From Octopus sinensis (Eukaryota): a DNA stretch of 64,000 bases. The DNA is taken from contig NC_043001.1 in the NCBI RefSeq assembly GCF_006345805.1, positions 23,126,001 through 23,190,000 of the forward strand. Direction: 5' to 3'. The notes below the pieces were generated by a model. It ran no database searches. It saw nothing but the letters and a program-made list of their open reading frames with translations, and was not told the origin of the DNA. The position numbers and the translations under genes were made by a program. Each line of letters opens with the position of its first letter. Position 1 is the first letter of the stretch. Positions 37,894-50,311 of this stretch are shown here, one piece after another.

Positions 37894-38106
37894 ATATGAA
37901 AGAAAAAAGGTGTTCAGAATGCTGGATGGTTGCAAAAATACATATTTATTCACACATCACACACTACCTCTTCATATAAGCGCTTTCAACTACTGATGAA
38001 ACTACAGGAGTAGTTGGAAGCGCTAATATGAAGAAACAATATGTGATATGTAAATAAATATACATTTCAACAACCATCCAGCATTCTGAACACCTTTCTT
38101 TCATAT
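37894..38106 (-). other. Imperfect ~100-bp-arm hairpin with strand-specific G-U pairing
   Basis: 37894-37994 pairs with 38009-38106 around a 14-nt loop; 11 of 14 substitutions pair as G-U on the minus strand. Confidence 0.85.
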
Positions 38107-38540
38107 ACACACACACATATATATACACACACATATATATATATACACACACACACATATATATATATACACACACACACATATATATATACACACACAC
38201 ATATATATATACACACACACATATATATATATACACACACACATATATATATACACACACCCATATATATACACACACACTCACACATATATATATACAC
38301 ACACTCACACATATATATATACACACACATATATATATATATATATACACACACACAAATACATATATATATACACACATACATATATATACACACATAC
38401 ATATAGATACACACACACATATATATATATACACACACATACACATATATATATACACACACACACATATATATATACACACACATATATATATACATAC
38501 ACACACACCCTTATATATACACAAACACACACATATACAC
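38104..38540. repeat. Compound (TA)n(CA)n minisatellite-like array
   Basis: Direct reading; accounts for the CVYI-type ORFs. Confidence 0.95.
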
Positions 38541-38720
38541 ACGTGTGTGTGATACGTTTACTACCTAAACAAACATTCGTTCGTATACAATTACAACAAA
38601 CAAACACACATTGCTTAATGTCTAAGGTAGAATAAATACCAGTAAACAATGGGGAGATTCGCAGCCGGAACGAATAACAGTAAAAAACGAAAAGAAACAC
38701 GTCAAATATTCCACAGAAAA
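38540..38720. promoter_or_regulatory. CpG-rich promoter-like patch
   Basis: About 9 CpGs in about 170 bp of non-TE-looking sequence; CCGGAA (ETS-like) and ACGTCA (CRE-like) motifs. Confidence 0.35.
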
Positions 38721-40419
38721 AAAAAAAAAAAAAATATATATATATGTAATATGCATGTGGTGGGGCATAAATTTATTTATATATATATATATAATCATTA
38801 TTAGATATAAATCAGGTGGTGAGTTTTCAGAATAGCTATCATGCCAGACAAAACGCTAATCATTTTATCTGTCTTTACATTCTGAGCTCAAATTCCACCA
38901 AGGTTGACTTTACCTTTCATCTTGTCAAAGTTGATGAAAACAAGTACCAGTTGAACACTGGTGTTGATGTAATCAACTATCTCCCCACAGTCTAAAACTG
39001 CTGTCTTGTGCCAAAATTCAAAACCATTATTAAACAGAAATAGAGAATGATTGTAACTGCAGGGTTTCACTAGCAACAGTTTATAAGTAAAGGACTACAT
39101 TAAAAGAAAGCAAAGCAAAATATATAAAATAAATTGAAGTTTGTAAACTTTTTAAATCTAACAGAATAGAAGGAAAATGCCAGTAATTTGTATAAAAATG
39201 ATAGATGCAAAGTAACATATTTACAGTAGTGCCTCTAATGTTCTTTGTATCCAAGTTACATAAGAGCATAACATTTATCTGAGTTATATCTTATACAGAA
39301 TATGAAGCAAAGAGATAGTGAGTTGCAAAGTGAATCAAAGTTTAAAATAAGTATTTGAGACAATCTACAGATCTGTATAATTTACTGATAGCATTTCTCA
39401 GAAAAACGCCCAGATATTTTAGTTAGTTAGGAATATCTTAAACTGTTACATGTTGATATCAAAATAATGAATCAAACATTGACTTCTTAAAAAGGAATAG
39501 TGGAGTTTTTAGCAATACAATTGAATGGGTATTAAGGATAGGAAAACAAGAAAGTAGTAGAGCTGTAAAGGATCATCACAAAATGTTGATAATATATGGT
39601 GAAATAGAATAGATGCTAGTTACTCACATAATCAAACATGTAGTATAGGGAAGCATTATATTCCAGGGGCTGGCATAGCAGTCTCATTATAATACTCTTT
39701 AAAGGAACAACTAAAGAGGTATCAAAATGATGGGCTAAGTTATGAGAGTATCAGAAAGATTTCAAGCAATTAATCAAGAAGAATGTCTCAGTAAGAAAAT
39801 GGTACTGATGGTTCTCCATTTTCTACCAGAATGGAGAACCATCAGTTTCCTCTTCTTAAAGAGACACAATCAGAAAACAAAAGCTACTACACTAAGCATG
39901 TAGTAACCTGGAGAAAGCTTTGTTAGGGTATCATGTTCTGTATAATTTCAAAAGACTTAGCTAAGACAAATAAGTCAGAGTGGTCAGTGGCATGTACATG
40001 AACAACAAAGGCAAATACAGGTATATCAAATACCATACAACATAAATTCTTGACTTATTAAAATAATCTCTGCCTTTCCCGAATGTAGCATAATTATCAA
40101 ATTTGAAAAGGAGAGCTAACCTCAAGATTTAAGAATTCTCCAAAGTTGACAAGTCATTAAGGAAAAGGGCAAGCTTATTGTTTGGAGATAAGAGAACAGT
40201 TGTGAAAATTTGCTTCTATGCCTGTAGTTTGGTGTTCGTGAACTTAATAGGGTGTAGATGGCAAGCTTGTGAGAAGGATGTTGTCAACAAAGTGAGAGGT
40301 AGCAATTAGTTCAGTAAGGAATTTAGTATATAGATAGGTGTCTATCAGGGTTTAATGATCAACTCCTTCCTATATATTATTTCCCCAGGCCAATATAACA
40401 AAAGAGTTTAAGGCCAATT

Positions 40420-41040
40420 GTCCATGGCAACTCCTGTATGCTGTTGAACAAGTCATCATTGCTGAATCAGATGAAGAATTAGAGGAAGAGTTCCAAATAT
40501 GGAAATAAGACCTAGAATTAAGAGATCGAAAAATAAACAGTACAACAACAATCCTAGTATGGTTTGTTAAACATCTAGAAAGTTGCCATGTTAGGATATG
40601 CAGAAAAAGATCAAACAGGAATTCTACAGTAGCTAATCAATGTATACTATGGGTGCATAAAAAATGCACTGGATCTCAAGCAAGCTGATGGAGAAGGACT
40701 TCATATATAAGGGCAACCTAAAATGAATGCTTTCAATTTCCCAAAAGGCTTACTATAAGTATTTATTTCGGCAACTTAATGAACAATGAAAGTGATAAAA
40801 GTATAGAGAACTTATTTCTTTTGGCAACAAATGGTTTCTCTCTAAGAGTGAAGGGCATCCTTGCATGTGTGTGCACAAAGTGTGAAATTGCATGGTAGCG
40901 AAAATGGAACCCTGAATTCAAGCTGAAATAAAAATGAGGCAAGCAAATTCCACAAGATGAGTAACTTCAGCATGCAGATGAATAGAGAGAAAAGATGGGC
41001 ATTAGAAAAATCAGCTGTAATGTGTAAGAGTGAAAGAATG
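40420..41040 (+). mobile_element. Old degenerate RTE RT remnant
   Basis: QLLYAVEQVIIAESDEELEEEFQIWK*DLE resembles ELLYADDLALIAES..LEKKFQVWKQGLE in the young copies. Confidence 0.6.
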
Positions 41041-43300
41041 CAGGTAAGTGATGCATATGAAGAATGACAGTGAGATAAAGTGACAAGCAAATTGGAAAGA
41101 GCTTATGGAAGAAGACCAAGGAAAATGTAATAAGTAGTGAGGGCTAATCTTGTGATAATGAACTCCATAAACAAGATAATGCGGAACTGAATCAGTAACA
41201 ACATGCTGTGCATAGAAAAACAGATATGATGATGAAAATGGCAGTGACAATGACAACAAAAATAATGGCTGAGTGTTTCATCTTCTTTGAGAAGTATAGA
41301 CTATATACCAAAATATGCAACTCAGGATGAAAGTTTTCTCAAATTCTTAACGTCATAACTTAATTAATCTCTACACTAAAGCATACCAATCCTTTTGGCC
41401 AGGAGCAACAAATTTTTCACATAGGATTCTGTAAAGTTATTGATTAACTATTCCAAAAAGTAAGCAGCAACATTAAATACAAGGAATTATAAATTTCTTG
41501 CGTTTCAAATTTGCAAGAACTTTGGATAAAGTGAATGATAAAATATAGTTTTCTTTTGATTTTGTTTTTTAATCACTTCTCAATTATATTGATGACTCCA
41601 TTTTCTTAGCAAACATCACTGAAGAATATAAACTTAAGAAGCATTTGTCAACTTTGAAATCTTATACTAAGGGACATGTCCCAAGACCAGTTATTTCTAA
41701 CAACTATCATAAGGAAAGCTTTCACAAGTTCTAACATCAATACTTCTACACTAGAATTAAATAACAATGTCTGTAATAAGCATTATAGTTTTACATCTGC
41801 TTTCCATGCTGGATGGGTCACCACAGTCAGAGTCAGCGCATATTTGAGAGTATTACTCAGACTGACATATTGAAGGACAACACTCTGATTGTATGTTTCA
41901 TTTTCAGTTTAGTTTCTATGGATAGATGCCCTACTTAACATCAACCATTTTACAAAATGTACTGGGCATTTTCTTTTCCATGGCAGCAATACTAGAGAAG
42001 AGTCACGCCCTACACAAGACTTAAGGGTCTTCACAACCTCACTTTACAGAGAGTACTGGATACGTTTTTAATGACACCAGCTCTAGAGAGCTAGCCATGT
42101 CTCTGAAACAACTAAAGGGGCCTCACAATTCTACATCTCTGCTTGCAAATCTTATTACAAAGTGAAGTGAGAAGAAAAAAGATTGGGACATGAATGAAAA
42201 TAAAAAGAGATTTGCGTGACAGAGGTACTCAATATTCAGTATCCCTATCATCATCATCATCATCGTTTAATGTCCAGTTTCCATGCTGACATGGGTTGGA
42301 CAGTTTGACATGGAGCTGGCTAGCAGGGGGATGTCTGAACTCCAACTGTCTGTTATGGCATAGTTTCTATGGCTGGATGCCTTTCCTAATGCCAACCACA
42401 GAGTGTACTGGATACTTTTTACGTATTACTGTCTCACGTGTACTGGGTAAATTTTACGTGTCACTATCTCAGGTGTATTGGGTACTTTTTACATGTCACT
42501 GTCTCAGGTGTGTTTACACAGCATTGGCTTGGGTGCATTAACACAACACCGGCATGAGTGCATTAAAGCAGCACTAGCACAGGTGCTTTTTAAGTGGCAC
42601 CAGTACCTGAAAAGACAAGCCTATATGTGTGGAAGACAGCAATGGCTTGACATGTCTTATCAAGTGTAAAAAATTTTAATGCTGAGTGATGTTCCAAAAT
42701 ACTCAAAGTTAATGTTGAATGAAAAACTTGACCCATGAATAAGTCTACAGTACATTTAACATATTGAATATCATAATTATTTGAATGTAGCAGAACAATA
42801 GTCAGAAAATAAAGAACATTGTTAACCTTATTAACAATAAATTTCCTCAATGAATTAAAGAACAGTTACATTTCAATTTAGAAAATAATTACTACGGCAA
42901 TATAATTTTTACTGTCTTACAACCATTATTTTACATCAGCATATGTGGCTTCTGCAAATTAATTTAATAAAATATGCAATCTTTGCAGCTGAACACTCTT
43001 TCTATAATCATCCATGAAACCATAAATCAGGAGTTGCACCTATTATTGGTTCAGTGGAGGAAATGCACAACTCAAAAGCTATTAGGAGTATTGAGCTGAC
43101 CATGTGGTCAGTAATACAAAACTTCAACCACTAAATGATTGTGCTTCTTAAAATTAATTAAATAAAAAACTTACATCCTAACCACGTGGTTCCAGATTCA
43201 GTCCTACTGTGTGGTACTTTCGGCAACTGCTTTCTACTATAGCCTCAGACCAACCCAAGTGGATTTGGTAGTTGGAAACTTAACAAAACCCATCATATAG

Positions 43301-43354
<54 letters not shown>

Positions 43355-43355
43355 A

Positions 43356-45305
43356 TCATCATCGTTTAACATCCATTATCCGCGCTAGCACGGGTTGGAC
43401 GGTTCGACCCGGGTCTGGGAAGCCAGGGGCTGCACCAGGCTCCAGTCTGATCTGGCAGTATTTCTACAGCTGGATGCCCTTCCTAACGCCAACCACTCCG
43501 CGAGTGTAGTGGGTGCTTTTTATGTGCCACCGGCACAGGTGCAAGGGGAGTCTGGCATCAACCACAATCGGTTAGTGCTTTTAACGTGCCACCGGCACGG
43601 AAGCCAGCCAGGGCGGCGCTGACATCGGCCACGTTCAGATGGTGCTTTTTATGTGCCACCAGCACAGAAGCCAGTCGAGGCAGCGCTGGCATCGGCCACG
43701 TTCGGATGGTGCTTTTTATGTGCCACCGGCATAGAAGCCAACCGAGGCAGCGCTGGCAACGGCCACGTTCAGATGGTGCTTTTTATGTGCCACCGGCACA
43801 GGTATCACAACTACTATTTCCATTGATATTTATTTCGATGTTCATGTACTTGACTCAACAGGTCTCCTCAAGCACAGCAGGATGTTCTGGAATCCAAGGT
43901 ACTTTGAATGGGCAGGGGCTATGCGGAACTGGTGCAGGAAGCAGCCCGGGTCTTTGCAGTCACAGCATATCTCCAGAGATCTCGGTCCTTCGCCATTGCC
44001 TCAGTGAGGCCCAACGCTCTGAGGTCATGCTTGACTACCTCATCCCATGTCTTCCTGGGTCTACCTCTCCCCCTGATACCTTCAACTGTTTGGGAGCGGC
44101 ACTTCTTCACACATCTCTCCTCATCCATCCGCAGTACATGACCATACCATCGCATGCGTCACTCTTGCACATCACATCTGATGCTTCTTATGTCCAGCAT
44201 TTCTCTCAGGGTGCTTACCCTCTGTTGTGCGCGCACACTGACATTACACATCCAGCGGATCATGCTAGCTTCATTTCTTTCAAGTCTACGCATGTCCTAT
44301 GCAGTCACGGCCCATGTTTCACTACCGTGAAGCATGGCAGTTTGCACACATGCATCATACAATCTACCTTTCACTCTGAGCGAGAGACCCTTTGTCGCCA
44401 GTAGGGGTAGGAGCTTTCTAAACTTTGCCCAGGCTATTCATATTCTAGTGGTGACACTCTCTGAGCATCCACCTCCGCTACTAACTTGGTCACCCAGGTA
44501 GCGGAAACTATCAACTACTTCTAGTTTCTTCCCCTGGAGTGTGATGGAATCTGTTTTCTGAGTATCTGTGGTGTCTATTGCCCCTTTGCATCTGCCGCAC
44601 ATGAAAGCTATCTTATCAGTTAATTTCCCTTTGATGTTGCTGCACCTCTTATGCATCCATAGCTTACACTGGGTGCATCTTATGGATTTTCTACCAACAC
44701 CTTTCCTACAGATCGAGCAGGGCCACCTGCCCGAGGGTGTGTGTGCTGAGTTCGCCTTTCTGCTTACTATAACTTTGGTCTTTGCTACATTTACTCTAAG
44801 GCCCTTTGATTCTAACCCTTGCTTCCACACCTGAAATTTCTTTTCTAGTTCCAGTAGTGATTCTGCTATGAGAGCCAGGTCATCAGCATAGAGGAGCTCC
44901 CAGGGGCAACCTGTTTTGAATTCCTCTGTTATTGCCTGGAGGACTATGATGAATAAAAGGGGACTGAGGGCTGAGCCTTGGTGTACACCTACTTCTATCC
45001 GGAATTCTTCACTATATTCGTTGCAAATCCTAACCTTGCTGACAGCCTCTCTATATAGGGCCTGTACAGCCCTTATTAGCCATTCGTCAATCTCCAGTTT
45101 CCGCATCGACCACCAGATAAGGGATCGGGGAACCCTGTCAAAGGCTTTCTCCAAGTCCACAAAAGCTATGTAGAGGGGTTTATCTTTAGCTAGGTACTTC
45201 TCCTGCAGTTGTCGGACCAGGAATATAGCATCAGTGGTGCTTCTACCCGACACAAAACCGAACTGCATCTCATCTAAGCAAATTCTCTCCCTAATGAGAT
45301 GGGTT
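43356..45305 (-). mobile_element. Young 5'-truncated RTE LINE (RT through the (GAT)n tail)
   Basis: 276-aa ORF 44438-45268 with FVDLEKAFDRVPR, HQGSALSPLLF and YADD; the downstream frame continues through three stops and I saw no frameshift. Confidence 0.96.
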
Positions 45306-45306
45306 A

Positions 45307-45369
<63 letters not shown>

Positions 45370-46475
45370 CGTATGTAACTATGTATTTATGTGTCTTTGT
45401 CCCCCACTATTGGTTGACACCTAATGTTCATGTATTTATGCCGACGTAACTTAGCAGTTTGGCAAAAGAGACCAATAGAATAAGTATTAGGCTTTAAAAG
45501 AATAACTCCTGGGGTCAATTTCTTCAACTAATACTCTTTAAGATAGTGCTCCAACATGGCCACAGTCAATGACTGAAACAAGTAAAAGAAATATACACAC
45601 ACACATACACACATGTTGGAGATGTAGTTGCCTGGCAAGTAATTTGACCCGAGACGATGTGTTGATACTAAAACAGTTACTGCATGAAAATACATATTAA
45701 CCATTACAGAATCATGTAAACATAGTAAACTTAAATATTTTTTACTTGACGTTCACAAATAATAAATCTTAAAGTGTATTAAAGAGTTTTTGTGAGTTTT
45801 TAGATAACAAATATGTACCTTCCATACAGTACTTGTTTTATATACATACATGCATGTGTATGTACATATATGCACATAACTGTACATATATGTATATATA
45901 CAGATATATGTGTGTGTGTGTGCATATGTATATATCTTTCTATGTATGTATAATATTAATGAGTATTAAAACAATGGCTGTTATGAATGCATGTTTTACA
46001 AATCATATTAGATTGAAAAATTAGGATTTCAATAGAATTTTGATTATGCTTAAAACTTCACTCCATAATTTCACTGGCAAATGAAACTATTATAAAAAAA
46101 TACGGTGTTTAGAACTAATTGCCTCCTAATTGAAATACTGAATAAAGATCTTATACAAAGTTCAAAAATTGTGTTACATAATGATAAAATAAGGACTAAA
46201 GTTTGAATGATGCTTATATTTATTAAAAAAAATATAGAATATGCAAGCCAAACATACCCCAACAAAAATAAAAGAAAACGAAAGTTACAACTGAACAAAA
46301 AGTAAAAGAAAAGCAATACAAAAATAGCAAAATAGAAAAGGAAGCTTCTAAAAAGATAAAAAAGAAAAACTGAAATATTACCAAAAAGTAACATTCATAA
46401 GTAAGAAGGGAAAAATATGACATCTCAGTAAAGACAGAAGTTTACAAATATCCAAAATATTCATTGGCATCTTAC

Positions 46476-46637
46476 CGTCGTCAGCTGACGATGCTTTGCC
46501 ATGGAGGATGCTGGCGGAGGAGATATTTTCACCTCTGCCAACACTTCTGATGGCTTCTCTTCTGCAGACATCATAAATTAGTTTTTCGGCTGTTTATTAG
46601 AAGTAATTCAGACAGGACTAGTGTATTACACTTAACA
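46476..46637 (-). CDS. Probable host exon: short 5'UTR plus start codon (CDS 46574-46476, MMSAEEKPSEVLAEVKISPPPASSMAKHRQLTT); gene unidentified
   Basis: Strong acceptor ttttctttcctttgtttttatcag and donor ACG|gtaaga; all frames from the acceptor are closed before or at the ATG; CpGs retained. Confidence 0.6.
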
Positions 46638-49273
46638 CTGATAAAAACAAAGGAAAGAAAACCTTGTCGATTATTTTATCCAAAGACTGCTAGATGCAAT
46701 GCTGTTAGATACACACATCAACTTCTCTCTGATATCATCCTCAGGCTGAATTGATACCGTCTTATAAAGACTGCTTTAAGATTAGGCTATTAAAAGAGAA
46801 AAGTGTTCACATGTACAGTTTCTCAAGTTAGCATCTGCTTCAAAAGAACTAAACAGAAAGGAGACAAAAATATACAAACAATATCAAAGTAAAAAAAAAC
46901 ACATCCAAAGACTTAGAAGGGATTTGTGAGAGGAGACTAGCAGGAAAACTGACAACCTCAACACTGTAAAAGTCATGCCATTGTATTAATGCGCAGATCA
47001 CAACTAGGAAACTAGACTTTTGAAAGTTTATTTATATCTTAACACTTAATAACAAGAAACTTGTGTCCCTAATGAATATCATTATTCCTGTAATTACCCC
47101 TTCATTTAAAGGAACAATGAATGAATTACATTCTGTAGTAAACAAGTATATCAGCAAACACAAAACCAAGAGGAGGGAGAACAGTTAATCCTTATAACTA
47201 TTTGTCAGAATTTTGAAGACTAGCTATAATAATTTACCAACTATTTCAGCTGTAGTTAACTGGCATCAATGTTAGGTGGCAACACTGACAGATTAGCTTT
47301 ATATTTTCATTTTAATAAGAGCTTTCAGTGTGAATTTAAGTATCTTTCAATATTCATTGATAATACATAGAATTATAATGATGATTTAAGTATAATTTGA
47401 AATTCTCTCCCTAATGAATAAGCATTAGTGAATGAAGTACTTTCAGGAACTGGGAATAAAAGGAATGATAGGCTAATTCCCCTATAGATACATAGTGCTC
47501 ACCAAACAATAATAATGATTATTACTATGATAAAATAGGAGAGTACTGTAGTTTGCTTGAAGCATTGTGTATTGTTTGTAAAGAATAAAAAGTTTTGAAT
47601 GGTACAACAATACACTATAATACAGACAATGGGCTATATACCTGTTGTAATTTAGTCATCCATAGTATGATATGATATTTCGGAATAATATTCCTTCTTC
47701 AGATATTCTTTTTATTCTTTACTATGATAAAAAAATTTAGCAACCTACAAAGATTTAGATGATTTCCCAGTTTGTAATATATATTAGACTGTTCCACTGA
47801 TGGGTTTGAAATATATTTTAATCACATATACACATACTATGAATTAAAAATACACTAAAAGTATAGGCATTTTTAAAATTCCAACAAGAAAAATGTCAAA
47901 ACCAGGGTGAACTAAATACTATGAAAAATATGGCAAAGTTCAAAATCGTTTTTATATGGTACAATACAGAATCCAGGGAAATTGATATTTGTCTGCATAG
48001 GTAAAGATTAATTCCTAGGCGATTTCATAGAAGAGCTCAATGAGTAGATTTTCTGTGGAGTAAACGAGTTGGATCTAGTTAAACTGATTCACAAGATCTG
48101 AATTATTTTAAAGGAAGTAAAAAATCTAAAAATCGGCTATATCAATGTAGTTTTCCACTCTTATTCCTATGAAGGCAAGATGTTGTAGAGAAAAAATTGG
48201 AGAAAAAAGTTACAGAGATTTAAAAATCGAAAAATCTGTATTTTTAGCCAATAGGGAGACAAAAATTTTCTGCGTTTAGTGGTGTCAACTTTAAGGTTGT
48301 ACAATGTGAAATTTATAGTTTAGCATCTGTTCATTGTAGGTTTCTAAATAAACAGAAATACCTAATAAAATCAACATGTATCATCTTACTGTTTCTTTTG
48401 TCTCTTCATTGATTTCTATAGTATTTTGTATGTTTTTATTATTTTTTAAAAATTTGTTATATTAATATATTTGATTACATGTGTTTACTTTATGCATATT
48501 TCAGTATCATGTATTTGTGTACATCATTAGTATATAAGTGCACGTGGATGTATGTATTCATCTATAAGTTTATATGCACATTTATGCATTCATGTGTGTG
48601 TGTGTGTGTGTGTGTGTGAAAAGGGGATATCTGTCTCCAAAACTCCAAAGTTGAGTAACGTTTTCATACTTGGATTTGTAAACTAGAGTAAGAATAACAC
48701 TGGTCAACAAAGAATTTATCCCAAGAAAAAGAATGCCTGTTTTAGCATGCAGAATTAAAAAATAATGTCAAATTATCTGTATCGTCCACAGTTTCTGTTC
48801 CATGATATCCCTCTCAGTTCCTGTTATGTGGGCTAATTTTCAGTTAAGCTGTTGAATTGTGAAGCTAACGGTTTAAGAAATACTCCTAATTTAAATGCTT
48901 GTGAACTGAATTAACCTAGTGAAATAATAAATCCAGCTATCTGAGTTAATGAGTCCTTGAAGCTTGGCAATACTGAGTTGATGAGCCACCGATGCCTTGT
49001 CAGTACTGTGCTTGAAGTGTAGGTGTGCAGTTGTGTACTAAGTTCACATATTCCATTCACCTTCATAATGCCAAGAAACTGTATAAACCGTGCAAGCAAC
49101 TTTTGCTATACATGAAAAATATATAAAATATTAAGAAAAATATCTATAATAAAATTCTAATTGATAAATATAAATTTTTATTAAAACAAAACACACGGGT
49201 GGAGTAAATCTTGTGGTGTGAAGAATCAACATAACACAGTGTATGGGTGAAGTAAAACACAACACAGTGTGCG

Positions 49274-49319
49274 GTTGTCATGGTAACAAGCTGTTAATGC
49301 CTCTCTGTCTGTTGATTGG
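49274..49319. promoter_or_regulatory. RFX X-box plus CCAAT box
   Basis: GTTGTCATGGTAAC (49274-49287) matches GTHNYYATRRNAAC exactly; ATTGG at 49315-49319. Confidence 0.4.
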
Positions 49320-50105
49320 CTAAAATAACCCAAATTTCCCAACTTTAATTCCAAATAAACATCAGATTCTTTAACTTAAAGTAATTGTAATCAAAATTCA
49401 GAGTAAAATCAATACACCAAACTTGAAAGCAATCTGAGCAAAATTAAAGGGGGATGATTTTGTGAATCAGTTTAACTAGATCCAAAGAGCTTAAATTCAA
49501 ACACTTGCCCTTCTTTCTACAGAGGAAATAGATAAAAGTTCATGACTTTGGTAACAAATTTGTGAATGAAAAATGGAATAAATAATAGTATGATGTCAGA
49601 AAAGAGCAGCAATGTAGGAAGAGAGGGTGAAAAGCTGGAGATATGTGCTATGAGTTATGAGCAAGGTGAATCATGGGGGATGAAATTAAATTTAAAAAAA
49701 GTGGGAGGAGGTGAGGACCAGATCAAGTGAGGTGATAGATATTAAGAGCTCATAACAAAGAGAAGAGGTGGACAATGCTAAGGAGGGAGAAAAGGAATGG
49801 AAGTGGGAATTTGCAAAGAATTAAGTTTAATAAGGTGTGGCCAAGAACTGTAAAATAATTTATGACAGTAAGGGGTGAGTAGAATTGTAAAGAAAATTAA
49901 TAGTGTCTAGAGTGGAGGTCAGTAGGGATGGAAAGAAATATATAGTAGTCTGTGACAGGATGTGGGTGGCAGGGGGGATTAGAGGGTCAATATAATAAAA
50001 TGGATTATAGGCACAAGCCAACTACATGCTGCACACTATGCGAAGTACATGCATACAACTGCGTTCAAAATAGCTAACCATACAGTACGTGGACACACAT
50101 ACACA

Positions 50106-50171
<66 letters not shown>

Positions 50172-50311
50172 CATATAGACACACATAAGCAACACAGCAC
50201 AAATAAATACACAACACACAAGAAAAGCATTTTTTTTTTTTGTATTTTGAAGATGAAGGGGTTTGAAAATGGAAGGCAGAATTAAAGGAACCTAAGATGT
50301 AAATTTAGACC

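Noticed and set aside
37964-38700. Long Cys/Val/Tyr/Ile-rich ORFs
   Set aside because: Translation of (TA)n(CA)n microsatellite
43586-44404. 272-aa plus-strand ORF (also 36389-37090)
   Set aside because: Antisense to the RTE ORF end and GC-rich UTR
45281-47417. 17-bp identity aattctctccctaatga at the RTE 5' end and at 47401
   Set aside because: A match of this length is plausible by chance in 64 kb of AT-rich DNA
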